A stretch of DNA of 64,000 nt, from positions 20,700 through 84,699 of the forward strand of contig CBDCPD010000001.1 of the NCBI GenBank assembly GCA_965220095.1. The letters run 5' to 3'. This DNA is from Dehalococcoidia bacterium (GTDB taxonomy: Bacteria > Chloroflexota > Dehalococcoidia > Lucifugimonadales > UBA3495). How positions within the stretch are numbered: position 1 is the first letter of the stretch; each line of letters starts with the position of its first letter. The notes under the pieces were generated by a model. The model was not told the origin of the DNA and searched no databases. It was given only the letters and a program-made list of their open reading frames with translations. The position numbers and the translations under genes are program-made. This document shows positions 9,592 through 18,996 of this stretch, in pieces.

Positions 9592-10281
9592 ATGAAGCGA
9601 ATTGGAGTAATGGCGGCGACGGCAATGATTGCCTTGCTGCTGGCGCTGCCCCTGGGCCTGGCAATGGCCCAGGACGGCAACAGCGGCAATACTCCGCCAG
9701 CCACCCTCTTCGGCACGGCGATGGCCGACGGTTTTCCGGTTCCGATGGGGACCATGATCGTGGCCATGGTTGGTGACGAGAAAATCGGTTCGACGGAAGT
9801 AATGGCGAACGGCAAGTTTGGGCCGTTGGTCTTGATGGCCCCCAGCGGAGAGGACATGATGGTCAGCTTCATGGTGGGCGAGCGGATGTCGGACTACATG
9901 TACGATTGGATGAGCGGCGGCGCGGAAGCGATGGCGATGATAAACGCCGACCTGGTGCCGGACGCCTCAGTCATGGAAGGGATGCCGGGCCCCGCCGGTC
10001 CCCGTGGTTCTGCCGGCGCTGCCGGCGAGATGGGCCCCGAGGGCGCGATGGGTCCCGAGGGAGCGCAAGGCGCCCAGGGCACGCAGGGCGAGCCCGGTCC
10101 CGCTGGCGCTAACGGCGCCGACGGAACGGAGGGCGCTACCGGCGCTGCCGGTGAAGTTGGCCCGGCTGGTCCTACGGGATCGCTGGGGATCATCGCGCTG
10201 ATCGTAGCAATCGTTGCCGCGGTTATCGCAGTGGTAGCCATCATCATGGGACGCCGCCAAACAGCATCCCCCGCAGGCTAG
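9592..10281 (+). CDS. Collagen-like (Gly-X-Y) repeat protein with signal peptide and C-terminal transmembrane anchor
   Basis: Signal [27 protein letters not shown]. About 22 uninterrupted G-X-Y triplets ([67 protein letters not shown]). C-terminal TM segment [25 protein letters not shown]. Confidence 0.8.
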   Translation: MKRIGVMAATAMIALLLALPLGLAMAQDGNSGNTPPATLFGTAMADGFPVPMGTMIVAMVGDEKIGSTEVMANGKFGPLVLMAPSGEDMMVSFMVGERMSDYMYDWMSGGAEAMAMINADLVPDASVMEGMPGPAGPRGSAGAAGEMGPEGAMGPEGAQGAQGTQGEPGPAGANGADGTEGATGAAGEVGPAGPTGSLGIIALIVAIVAAVIAVVAIIMGRRQTASPAG

Positions 10282-10305
10282 TCGCTGCAAAAAGGCAACC
10301 CACAG

Positions 10306-10336
10306 CCCCCGCCGGCTCCGGTCGGCGGGGGTTTCT
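10306..10336 (+). terminator. Rho-independent-type terminator
   Basis: CCCCCGCCG (10306-10314) pairs with CGGCGGGGG (10323-10331) over an 8-nt loop, followed by TTTCT. It lies 25 nt after the stop of 9592-10281. Confidence 0.6.
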
Positions 10337-10397
10337 AACTGCTTGCTGTAATCGTGTTTAATCGATGCTAATATAGCCTAATAGAGCATAGGCTGGT

Positions 10398-10471
10398 AAA
10401 AATAGGCGCGGCGGCGAAGATGCTTGGCACTACGCCGGGACAACTACGGAAGTGGGAAGCCAACGGTGAAC
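10398..10471 (+). pseudogene. Stub of a MerR-type HTH, N-terminus of an IS607-like serine recombinase, cut by the IS21 insertion
   Basis: Translates to KIGAAAKMLGTTPGQLRKWEANGEL. Compare AAAMLGLHPQTLRRYADQGKI in the TnpA at 16234-16872. It is preceded by AT-rich DNA like the other IS607 left ends and has no start codon. Confidence 0.3.
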
Positions 10472-10607
10472 TGTGTAAATCGCCAAGAACTATGTACCAG
10501 TAAGCGACGGAATCGCCGCGAACTATAGGCCAGTTCGCCAAGGTCTATGACCACCTGTGGGCGCCACAAGGGCGACCATTGCCGCACTTTGGTTTTGAGG
10601 TGCAGCG

Positions 10608-12206
10608 ATGGCGTACCAGGAGGTGCTCAGAGTGGAAATACAGGAAGTGATACGCCGCTGGCAGGCGGGAAGCAGCCAACGGCAGATAGCCGAGGGGACG
10701 GGGTTGTCGCGGGCGATGGTGCGCAAGTATGTGTCGGCAGCGACGGTGGTGGGAGTGTTGCGGGATGGTCCGGCTCCCGACGAGGAGCAGTGGAGCCGTT
10801 TGGCGGGGATTAGCCGGGCCGGTCCGCGCCAAGTGGAGACACCCGTTGAGGACAGCCTGGCTCCGTGGGCGGACCAGATTTACCAGTGGCTCACCGGCGA
10901 CCGTCTGACGGTGACCCGGATCCAAGAGTTGCTGGAAGCGCGGGGGTGTACGGTGTCGTACACGTCGTTGCGCCGTTTCATCCGGAAGCGGAACTGGGGA
11001 CGGCGCAGCGTCCGCACGGTGCGCATGGCCGACACCGAGGCTGGTGAAGTAGCCGAGGCGGACTTCGGCAGACTGGGCATGATCACCGATCCGACAACGG
11101 GACGCCGCCAGGCGGTATGGGCGCTGATCATCGTGCTGTCTTATTCGCGGCACTGTTTCGTGTGGCCGATGCACAGCCAGCAGCTGGAGGATGTAATCGC
11201 CGGACTGGAGGCGGCGTGGGCATTCTTCGGCGACGTGCCCCGCTACCTGGTCATCGACAATTTCCCCGCTGCGGTGGCGGGGGCTGACCCTTTACATCCC
11301 CGGCTGACCAGGGGATTTCTCGAATATTCTCAGCATCGTGGTTTCGTAGCCGGTCCAGCCCGTGCGCGCCATCCCAAGGACAAGCCCAAGGTGGAACGGG
11401 CCGTGTCCTACGTCAGAGAGCGCTTCTTCAAGGACGGCGATTTCAGCGGCGTGGCGCACTTGAGAGTCGAAGCCCAGCGCTGGTGTCTCGAGGTGGCCGG
11501 GATGCGGATCCATGGCACCACCCGCCGGCAGCCTCTGGTGGTCTTTCGGGATCAGGAGCGTGCTGCGCTGCTGCCCTGGGACGGTGATCCTTATGAGATC
11601 ACCCACTGGCGCACCGCCAAGGTGCATCCCGACCATCACGTGGCCGGCCAGTACGCCCTCTATTCGGTGCCAGCGTCCGTCTGTCCGCCGGGTCAGAAGG
11701 TGGAGGTCAGGCTGGACAGCAAATTGGTACGCCTCTACCATTGGGGCAAGCTGGTCAATGTCCATGAGCGACAACCGCGGGGCGGCCGCGCCACCGATCC
11801 CAACGACTACCCAGCTGAGCTCACTGCCTACACCATGAAGGCGCCCGAGCATGAAGGCGCCCGAGCGCATCAAGCGCAGCGCAGCTCTGCAGGGACCGGC
11901 GGTGGCCGAGTACGCCGAGCGTCTCTTCGAAGGTCCCCTGCCGTGGTCCAAGATTCGCCAGGGACACCAGCTCTTGCGATTGGGTGAGCGTTACACGCCT
12001 CAGCGTCTCGACGCCGCCTGCCAGAGAACCCTCGCCGTGGACCTCGTCGACGTACGCCGACTGGAACGGATCCTGAACAATGACACCTGGTGCAGGCCCT
12101 GGAAGAAGAGGCCTTGCCGCAGCTACCCCTATCAATGCCAGCCGGCCGTTTCGCCCGGCCCGGTAGCGTCTTCGCTTACACCGCATGCCGCCGTCAGTCA
12201 GCATGA
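10608..12206 (+). pseudogene. istA: IS21 transposase IstA, frameshifted
   Basis: HTH N-terminus and DDE core. A perfect 16-bp tandem duplication CATGAAGGCGCCCGAG (11834-11849 / 11850-11865) shifts the frame. A second frame change near 12080-12092 is needed to reach the typical C-terminus VQALEEEALPQLPLSMPAGRFARPGSVFAYTACRRQSA (TGA 12204-12206). Confidence 0.85.
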
Positions 12207-12217
12207 GGAGATTACCC

Positions 12218-13016
12218 ATGACCCGTGTAACCGAACTCACTCCGCTGCTCAAGAGCCTCAAACTGGGCGCCTTGTCCGCCACGCTGCCCGAGCGCATCGC
12301 CCTGGCACGCCGTGAGCAGCTGGACTACGCCTCATTCCTGGAGATCATCCTCAGCGATGAGGCTCAGCGATGAGGTCAACCGCCGCGCCCACCGGCGCAT
12401 CGAACTTCGACTCAACAACGCCGGTTTCGAGGAGACCTGTCGCCTGGAGGACTTCGACTGGTCAGCGTCAATTACCCTGGACCGCCGGCTGCTGGACGCC
12501 GTCTTCTCCCTGGAGTTTCTGGACAAGCACGAGCATGTGCTGCTGGTGGGCCCCGCCGGTGTCGGCAAGAGCTTCATGGCTCAGGCTCTCGGCTATTCCG
12601 CCGTCCGTGCCGGACACACCGTCCGCTTCAGCCACGCCGAAGGTTTCTTCAAGGCCATGGCTCAAGCCAGAGTCGACAACTCGGTGGATCGCACCTTCCG
12701 GTCCTTCCTGTCCCCAGACCTGCTCATCCTGGACGACTTGGGGCTGTACCGCCTCACCCCTCAGCAGTCGGCCGATCTGTATGAACTCATCCTCAACCGG
12801 CACCGGTCGTCAAGTTTCATCATCACCAGCAACCGGGCCGTCGACGAATGGCTCAGTCTCTTTGACGACCCCATCCTCGGCCACAGCGCCCTGGCCGCCT
12901 GGCCAACGCCAGCTACCAGATCGTCATCGAAGGCACCAGCTATCGCGAGCGTCTCTCGCCACACCGCGCCCTTCTGGACGCCCACGGAGGTGATTGGCCG
13001 GCAAACCATAAGCTGA
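12218..13016 (+). pseudogene. istB: IS21 helper ATPase IstB, frameshifted
   Basis: GAGGAG at 12205-12210 precedes ATG 12218 (MTRVTELTPLLKSLKLG). Walker A GPAGVGKS. A perfect 13-bp tandem duplication CTCAGCGATGAGG (12350-12362 / 12363-12375) shifts the frame. A further 1-nt loss near 12894 breaks the expected SALDRLANASYQIVIEGTSYR. Confidence 0.85.
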
Positions 13017-13194
13017 TTATAGTCAATATCGCCACGTGCCCAGGGTGGTACATAGTCCTTGGCGATCACTGGCTCAATGTCCGCGGCGATTCACACTTCC
13101 TGCATTTCACCGCCGCTCTCATCTGGTTACGGTGAAATGTCAACAGAACCTAACGCGTCGTCGATTGTTTGTTAGCAAAAATCTATCGGCACGA

Positions 13195-15084
13195 CTACGG
13201 GAGAACCTGGTACTCCGCCTCCGCGATTTTCTGCCCGCTGTCGTTATACACGTACACCCAATGGTGCCCAATGGGCCGTCGGATTGGGTTGCCCAGGTAA
13301 ACGGAGAACCAAGCCCGTCCGTCCACGCTGTAGACTTTCCGTTCCTGCCACGAGGAGTAGTGGGGATACCGGTCTTCGTAGTATTGCACTACTTCGATTC
13401 TGACGGTTTCCGGCGGGTTGGACACATCGCTGAATGTGACCGTGAGCCAGCGCCGTTGGTCCGGGCTGCTGGCAGATACTTCGGCTATTCCATACTGACG
13501 ATTTGCGCCGGAGTAGTCCTGGATTCTCGCAGTTTGCGCACTGCCGAGTCCCGTGATGGATCCGGAGGGCGCGCTACTGTCGGTGAATATTTTCTCGCCG
13601 TACCGGCGGGCCAGCGTGTGGCCGATATTGTCCGAACTTGCAAGGGGCAGCAGGCATTGTGGGCAGAACGCGTTCATGAGACTGAGGCCTTGGTCGATTT
13701 CGTCATCCTTGTAAGAGGACAGGCGCTGGTGTAGGCTGCGCAAGGCAGTGGCGAAGCTCGCGTCGCTCATGTTGCGATCCAGGTTGATGAACAGATCGCC
13801 TGCCAGCGAGTAGTTGCAGAGGCTGCCGTAGGATAAAGTGTATTGCGGGTTGTCGGCCCGCATGTGCTCGACGGTGCGGTAGTAAGGGCAAGGGTAGTAA
13901 CCCGTACTGAGAGCGCTGTAGGTGGTCCGCTGCTTGACCGAGTAAGCGCCGACGTACGAGGCCACCCCTTCGGCAATCCAATCCTCGTGACCGGGGACAC
14001 CCCCGGCCCCCCACCAGTAGTGGGCGATTTCGTGGGCAACGGTGTACTGTCGCCTCCGGTCGGTGTAAGTTCCGTCGTAGCCTGCGTCAACCTGAATATG
14101 GATGCTGTTGTTGGCTCCAGCAAAGTCTGACGAGTCTGCGACGAGTATTCCTACGAAGTCGACGGGCAGAGCCTGCCCCATCAGTGTCTCAGCATCCTGG
14201 GTGGCGGTGGTTGCCGACAGCATCAGTTCACTGTCCTGGCGGGACGTTAGCAACCTGATGATGGCGAAGTTCACCTGGTTGCCGTATTGGCCAACGGTGT
14301 TTGCCTCCTCGACAGTTCCGTAGTCGGCGAGCAAAAATACGAGGTCGGTTCCGCCACTGAGATACGGGATGCTCGTAACGGCGATGATTTTGGCCTCGGT
14401 GTTGTCAATGCCGCCACCATCGGCGAATGCGGCATAAGTGGCTATGGCCGTTGCCTCTTCCGGGTTCGGAGCGATTCGGGAAGTTCCGGCCGAAATCAGC
14501 GTGAGGGTCTGGATGGCCTGCAGGTCGCCGGGAGTGTGGTCCTGAAGAAAAGGCATCCGCGTCAACGCGCTGACCAAGGCAGGATTGTGTTCCTGCAGCT
14601 CGACCAACCAACCCTTGGTAAGGAGTTCCGCGGTCGTCAGGCCGTCGCTGACCCATGGGAGGCCGGTTATTTCGGAGGTTATCGCATAGCTGCTGCTGCC
14701 GGAGGCATCGGATTCCGTGTCTCCACCGGTCAGTCCGTCGGGGGATTGAAAATCGCGTGCAGCCAACTGCCGATTGATCAAAGCAATGCTCGCCAATTGT
14801 TCCAAACGATGATGGCCGGTGTCAGTGTGGGGCACCAGTGCCCGGGGGTCGTGTGATCGGTATGGGTTGGCTGAGGTCAGCGGAGGGCCGCTCTCGCACA
14901 CGTCATCATGTCCGAAGGGGCAGGGTGGTTCGGGAATGTCTTCCCGCCACATACTCAAGCCGTCTGGCTCGTAGGCGGCAACCGTACCTTCAAGGATGAA
15001 CAACTGCGCACCTGCGATTGCAATGACTACGCCCAGGACGGTCGCGGCCAAGGCCACTCTAAGGTTGATGTTGACGATTTTCAT
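13195..15084 (-). CDS. Membrane-anchored gluzincin-like (HExxH) metallopeptidase family protein
   Basis: N-terminal TM segment LRVALAATVLGVVIAIAGAQLFIL. Motif VAHEIAHYWWG...EDWIAEGVASY (HExxH plus downstream Glu, M1-like). Paralogous to 26805-28781. Confidence 0.75.
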   Translation of the reverse strand: MKIVNINLRVALAATVLGVVIAIAGAQLFILEGTVAAYEPDGLSMWREDIPEPPCPFGHDDVCESGPPLTSANPYRSHDPRALVPHTDTGHHRLEQLASIALINRQLAARDFQSPDGLTGGDTESDASGSSSYAITSEITGLPWVSDGLTTAELLTKGWLVELQEHNPALVSALTRMPFLQDHTPGDLQAIQTLTLISAGTSRIAPNPEEATAIATYAAFADGGGIDNTEAKIIAVTSIPYLSGGTDLVFLLADYGTVEEANTVGQYGNQVNFAIIRLLTSRQDSELMLSATTATQDAETLMGQALPVDFVGILVADSSDFAGANNSIHIQVDAGYDGTYTDRRRQYTVAHEIAHYWWGAGGVPGHEDWIAEGVASYVGAYSVKQRTTYSALSTGYYPCPYYRTVEHMRADNPQYTLSYGSLCNYSLAGDLFINLDRNMSDASFATALRSLHQRLSSYKDDEIDQGLSLMNAFCPQCLLPLASSDNIGHTLARRYGEKIFTDSSAPSGSITGLGSAQTARIQDYSGANRQYGIAEVSASSPDQRRWLTVTFSDVSNPPETVRIEVVQYYEDRYPHYSSWQERKVYSVDGRAWFSVYLGNPIRRPIGHHWVYVYNDSGQKIAEAEYQVLP

Positions 15085-15155
15085 TGGCTGTAAACCTCTT
15101 GGCGATGCTGTCTACGGCTGATGTCTAGACCGACAGTTAAACGCTGAACAACGTT

Positions 15156-16424
15156 CTACGCTGAGGCCGTTGTTTGCGATGCAACCTGCGCAAGCAAGCC
15201 ACGCAGGAAGGGGCTGTCTCCCAAAGCCCGCAGGAATATCCCACGGGCGCCGTTTACGTCACGGTCCATTCCGAAACCGGTGTCATCCCGAATTGCCCTG
15301 GCGCCGCCCAACTTGGTGTTCACGGCGCCGTCCCAACTGCGGGTCTTGCTGGTGTACGCCTCGTTGACGTCGAGCACCAATGCGCCGCGCTGCCAGGCTT
15401 TCCACTGCAGACGCCGCTTGAACTCGAAGTGGCGGAAAGTGAGCATCATGCGGGCGGTCTTGCTGCGGATTCTCCGGCCAGCCCTTTGGGTCATGTCCTG
15501 GGTCTCGAACGTCGGTAGCAGGATGATCCGGTAGTTGCTGGTCAACCAGCGAGCCAGTTGCCAATGGAGCTCGTCCACCAGGTTGGTTATTCGCTGCCGC
15601 ATTCGCGCCTGTGCGCTGCGCATTTGCCGACGCTTTCGTCGGTTGGGTGCCTTGGCAGTGCGGCTGATGAGGTCGTCCAGCCAGTGGCAGAGCCGCTGGA
15701 TGCGCCCGAAGGCGTGGTGGCCGAGCTTGCCGCATTCGGTTTCGGAAAAGTACGTGAGAAAGGTGCGAACGCCAGGGTCGAGCGCCACTACGCCATCACC
15801 GCTTGGGGTCTCGATGTCGCATTGCGCTGGGTAAGGAACGACCAGCCAGTATAGGCCGCGTTCCTTCACCAGCCGGCATTCCTGTTGCCCCGCCGGAATG
15901 ACCTCAGCCATCCGCAGCGGTCCCAGAATGGTGTGATAGACGCCGTGCTCCGTGACTGCGTCATCCGGTATGTAGCATGACTGACGGGGGTTCTTCCGAC
16001 TGCGGAACCGCAGTTGTGCGAAATCCTCGTCTGGCCGTTCGCCTCTGGCCCGGTCAGCCGCCAACTGCCGATTGAAGGTCTTGACGTTGCTCATCGCCCG
16101 GCAGGCGTCCCGCACCGCAGTCCGTTTCACCTGGTACGGTACCGACTCCCATTCCGGCTTCAACACCTTCAGCTCCGCGATGACCATGCCAGCGATGTGT
16201 CGCCACACGGCCGGTATGCCCGATTGCAGAACCTCAACCGCCAGGTTGTAGGTCCAGCGGCTGGCTTCCAGCCAGGTTGCTATCCTGGCCTTCTGCTGTT
16301 GGTCCGGGTAGACCCTGATCCTGCGCGATTGCACTTCGGTACCGTCGGAGTCCGTGCATCCGGCAGCTGAACGTATCGAGGATGGCGAGTAGATCCTCGG
16401 TGAGTTCGGATTCGGGGCTGGCAT
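15156..16424 (-). CDS. tnpB: TnpB (RuvC-type, omega-RNA-guided nuclease family), IS607-associated, zinc-finger cysteines absent
   Basis: RIRVYPDQQQKARIATWLEASRWTYNLAVE (N-terminal TnpB signature). RuvC D in VVALDPGVRTF, E in ILLPTFETQDM, D in GMDRDVNGARGI. ATG 16424 or GTG 16334 are possible starts; the ORF-track start 16805 is read-through inside tnpA. Confidence 0.8.
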   Translation of the reverse strand: MPAPNPNSPRIYSPSSIRSAAGCTDSDGTEVQSRRIRVYPDQQQKARIATWLEASRWTYNLAVEVLQSGIPAVWRHIAGMVIAELKVLKPEWESVPYQVKRTAVRDACRAMSNVKTFNRQLAADRARGERPDEDFAQLRFRSRKNPRQSCYIPDDAVTEHGVYHTILGPLRMAEVIPAGQQECRLVKERGLYWLVVPYPAQCDIETPSGDGVVALDPGVRTFLTYFSETECGKLGHHAFGRIQRLCHWLDDLISRTAKAPNRRKRRQMRSAQARMRQRITNLVDELHWQLARWLTSNYRIILLPTFETQDMTQRAGRRIRSKTARMMLTFRHFEFKRRLQWKAWQRGALVLDVNEAYTSKTRSWDGAVNTKLGGARAIRDDTGFGMDRDVNGARGIFLRALGDSPFLRGLLAQVASQTTASA

Positions 16425-16872
16425 CCGGCTGGTTGAGAACCAGGACTGCGCCGCCGTTCTGTACAACCAACCACTCGATGAGTTCAAAGCCGAACCGGGC
16501 CACTCGGTCCCGATGGGCAACCACAACGTCGAGCTTATCGCCGCGATGCAGTCGCTCCAGTATGGAGAGCAGTCCTTTGCGCTGCCAGTTGAGGCCACCG
16601 GCCACGTCGGTGACGATCTCGGCGTCAGGGTAGAGTTCCCGCATCTGAGCGACTTGCCTGCCGAGGTCCCCACGCTGCTGGGCGGAACTGACTCGGCAGT
16701 AGCAGATGATATTGGGCCGGGATGCTCCGCGCAGGTAGGCATCAACGTCGTATAGACGTTGTCCAGCGGAGTTCCGGTAATGTGGGATTTTGCCTTGGTC
16801 AGCATACCTTCTCAGCGTCTGAGGGTGCAGGCCCAACATCGCAGCGGCTTTACGGCTTGCAACGTACACCAT
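16234..16872 (-). CDS. tnpA: IS607-family serine recombinase TnpA
   Basis: MerR-like HTH (AAAMLGLHPQTLRRYADQGKI) and catalytic motif ICYCRVSSAQQRGDL. ATG 16872 (the ORF track uses GTG 16887). Confidence 0.85.
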   Translation of the reverse strand: MVYVASRKAAAMLGLHPQTLRRYADQGKIPHYRNSAGQRLYDVDAYLRGASRPNIICYCRVSSAQQRGDLGRQVAQMRELYPDAEIVTDVAGGLNWQRKGLLSILERLHRGDKLDVVVAHRDRVARFGFELIEWLVVQNGGAVLVLNQPDASPESELTEDLLAILDTFSCRMHGLRRYRSAIAQDQGLPGPTAEGQDSNLAGSQPLDLQPGG

Positions 16873-16988
16873 GACAGAAACATACACTATTATACAACAA
16901 TGCTCAATAAATTATTGCCTAGACACCAGCCGTGTGATGCGGACAATCATTCTACGTGTAGTTCGTGGGTGAGACATGGCATACCTAC

Positions 16989-18453
16989 CAAGCTGGACTT
17001 TGCACAAAAGCTAGATAAATTATAAGAACAGGGTAAGCTGGCCGGACCCCACTCTCAAGAAAGGTCCAGCCATGCTCACCCTGCCCGATGCCATTGTACC
17101 CGTACTCTATCCCTTCGCCACGCTGTTTCGCAACCCGACCTGGCTGAAAGCCCAAATCCTGCTGGTCGGCGCGATACTGGCACCCGGCCAACGCACCGTG
17201 GCATCGGCGCTGCGCGTCATGGGACTCAGCGACGACCGCAACTACGCTCGCTACCACCAGGTGCTCAATCGGGCGGTGTGGTCGCCCTGCCAGGCGGCAC
17301 GCATCCTGTTGGGACTGCTAATCCTCTACTTGGATCAAGGCGATGGTCCGTTGATCTTCGGCATCGACGAGACCCTGGAACGGCGCCGCGGCCCTAAAAT
17401 CAAATCCCTGGGCATCTACCGCGACGGGGTGCGCTCCAGCCGGTCTCAGGTGGTCAAGGCCAGTGGCCTGCGCTGGATCTCCCTGATGTGGCTGGGCCAG
17501 GTTCCCTGGGCGAGACGCTATTGGGCCTTGCCCTTTCTCACCGTGCTGGCGCCCTCGGCACGCTACTACCAGCAGCGCGGACGCCGCCACAAAGAGCTCA
17601 CCGACTGGGCCCGGCAGATGATCCTGCAACTGCGCCGCTGGCTGCCGCAGCGCTCCCTGGTGCTGGTGGGCGACAGCAGCTACGCCGTCCTGGACCTGCT
17701 CCACTGCTGCCAATCGTTGGCTCAACCCGTTATCCTCATCGCCCGCTTGCGCCTGGACGCCGCCCTTTATGAACCGGCGCCAGCACGTCAGCCGGGCCGG
17801 AACGGTCGGCCCCCGCTGAAAGGCCGACGGCTGCCCGCGCTGAAGGCGCTCCTGGACTTGCCCACCGTGTCATGGGTCGAGGTGTCGGTAGCCTGGTACA
17901 ACGGCACTACCCGCACGGTGGAGCTCACCTCGCAAACTGCGGTCTGGTACCGCACGGGCAAGCCGCCCGTGCCCCTGCGCTGGGTCTTGGTTCGGGACCC
18001 CCAGGGCGAATTCGCCACACAGGCTCTGCTGTGCACTGACCGGGCCGTGGACCCGATGCAGATTCTGGAATGGTTTGTGCTGCGCTGGCAACTGGAGGTT
18101 ACCTTCCAGGAAGTGCGCGCTCACCTGGGCGTGGAGACCCAACGCCAGTGGTCGGATCGCGCCATCGCCCGCACCACGCCAATCCTCATGGGGCTTTTCT
18201 CCTGGACCACCCTGGCGGCTCACTTGATGCAGGAACAACGGCCCATGAGCCATCGCACCGCGGCTTGGTATGCCAAGCCGTCGCCGACCTTCGTAGATGC
18301 CATCGCTCTGGTGCGCCGCCACTTGTGGCTGGCGTCCGAGGGTTTTTCACTGTCCGACGCAGAACCGGATATATGGAAAGTCCCGCGTGCCCAGTACCAC
18401 CGACTTGTAGATTCACTCGCCTACGCGGCTTGAAATGTGCAAAGCCCAGCTTG
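16989..18453 (+). mobile_element. IS701-like (IS4 superfamily) insertion sequence
   Basis: Inverted repeats of 18 bp with 1 mismatch: CAAGCTGGACTTTGCACA (16989-17006) and TGTGCAAAGCCCAGCTTG (18436-18453). They enclose a single DDE transposase gene. Confidence 0.8.
17072..18433 (+). CDS. DDE transposase, IS701-like
   Basis: Candidate DDE residues in IFGIDETL, LVGDSSYAV and WQLEVTFQEVRAHLGVE. The 453-aa frame is intact. Confidence 0.85.
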   Translation: MLTLPDAIVPVLYPFATLFRNPTWLKAQILLVGAILAPGQRTVASALRVMGLSDDRNYARYHQVLNRAVWSPCQAARILLGLLILYLDQGDGPLIFGIDETLERRRGPKIKSLGIYRDGVRSSRSQVVKASGLRWISLMWLGQVPWARRYWALPFLTVLAPSARYYQQRGRRHKELTDWARQMILQLRRWLPQRSLVLVGDSSYAVLDLLHCCQSLAQPVILIARLRLDAALYEPAPARQPGRNGRPPLKGRRLPALKALLDLPTVSWVEVSVAWYNGTTRTVELTSQTAVWYRTGKPPVPLRWVLVRDPQGEFATQALLCTDRAVDPMQILEWFVLRWQLEVTFQEVRAHLGVETQRQWSDRAIARTTPILMGLFSWTTLAAHLMQEQRPMSHRTAAWYAKPSPTFVDAIALVRRHLWLASEGFSLSDAEPDIWKVPRAQYHRLVDSLAYAA

Positions 18454-18546
18454 CGTGTCGCGCGATATCGGTAGTCTGTAACCGGGCCTCCGACACTGTC
18501 CAAACCACGGCGCCTTCGCGTGGACATAGTCTACATTGTCTACCGG

Positions 18547-18996
18547 CTACTCTGGTGCACTGAAGTCTCCTACCCAGCGCACGTTGTCAACGGTTGGGCT
18601 TGCCGCCCGGTAGAACCTCTCGTCAGCGGTCCACAACTCGCAGTTGACACTCTCCGCCAGCGCCAGGTAGTGGGCGTCGTAGGCCGCACTCTGCTTGAGT
18701 TGGCTAGCGATTTGCAGCGCTCTGACGTGAAGGTTTGGCGGCTGATGTAGCTCGAGCCGCGACTCAAGCAGACGCGCGATCATACGCTGACTGTCGACCA
18801 CATTCAACTCCCCGCGCAACACCCGCCGATGGAGAGCGTTGGCGACCTCGAAAGGCATGAGATACGGGGCGATACGGGTTATGCCCCGGTCAACCCAGGA
18901 TTGGAGGATGGCGTGAGCTTTGTCGGAGTCATCCTCTTCAACCAGCCACTTGACCGCCAGGCTCGCATCGACTACGACGTGACCGTTCACGCCCAT
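18547..18996 (-). CDS. vapC: PIN-domain toxin VapC
   Basis: VVVDASLAVKWL...AYDAHYLALAE...LWTADERF (PIN acidic residues). Overlaps the upstream antitoxin gene by 10 nt. Confidence 0.85.
   Translation of the reverse strand: MGVNGHVVVDASLAVKWLVEEDDSDKAHAILQSWVDRGITRIAPYLMPFEVANALHRRVLRGELNVVDSQRMIARLLESRLELHQPPNLHVRALQIASQLKQSAAYDAHYLALAESVNCELWTADERFYRAASPTVDNVRWVGDFSAPE

Larger units (their letters stand above)
10472..13097 (+). mobile_element. IS21-family insertion sequence, decayed
   Basis: Termini GTGTAAATCGCC (10473-) and GGCGATTCACAC (-13096). Multiple sub-terminal repeats typical of IS21: left at 10479-10500, 10511-10533 and 10534-10554; right, inverted, at 13046-13066 and 13070-13092. 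Carries the istA-istB gene order. Confidence 0.85.
15156..16887 (-). mobile_element. IS607-family element (serine-recombinase tnpA + tnpB); ends not mapped
   Basis: Overlapping tnpA/tnpB pair with AT-rich DNA upstream of tnpA (16888-16985). The coordinates given are the gene span only. Confidence 0.75.

Noticed and set aside
10460-13110. Target-site duplications for IS21 (and for the IS701-like element at 16989-18453)
   Set aside because: The flanking bases do not match (…GGTGAAC / TTCCTGC… and …ATACCTAC / CGTGTCGC…). No TSD is claimed and the exact termini may be off by 1-2 nt.
13036-13734. 232-aa plus-strand ORF overlapping the 3' part of the gluzincin gene
   Set aside because: It is opposite a motif-bearing CDS. 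Its beginning is IS21 end or stub DNA read through.
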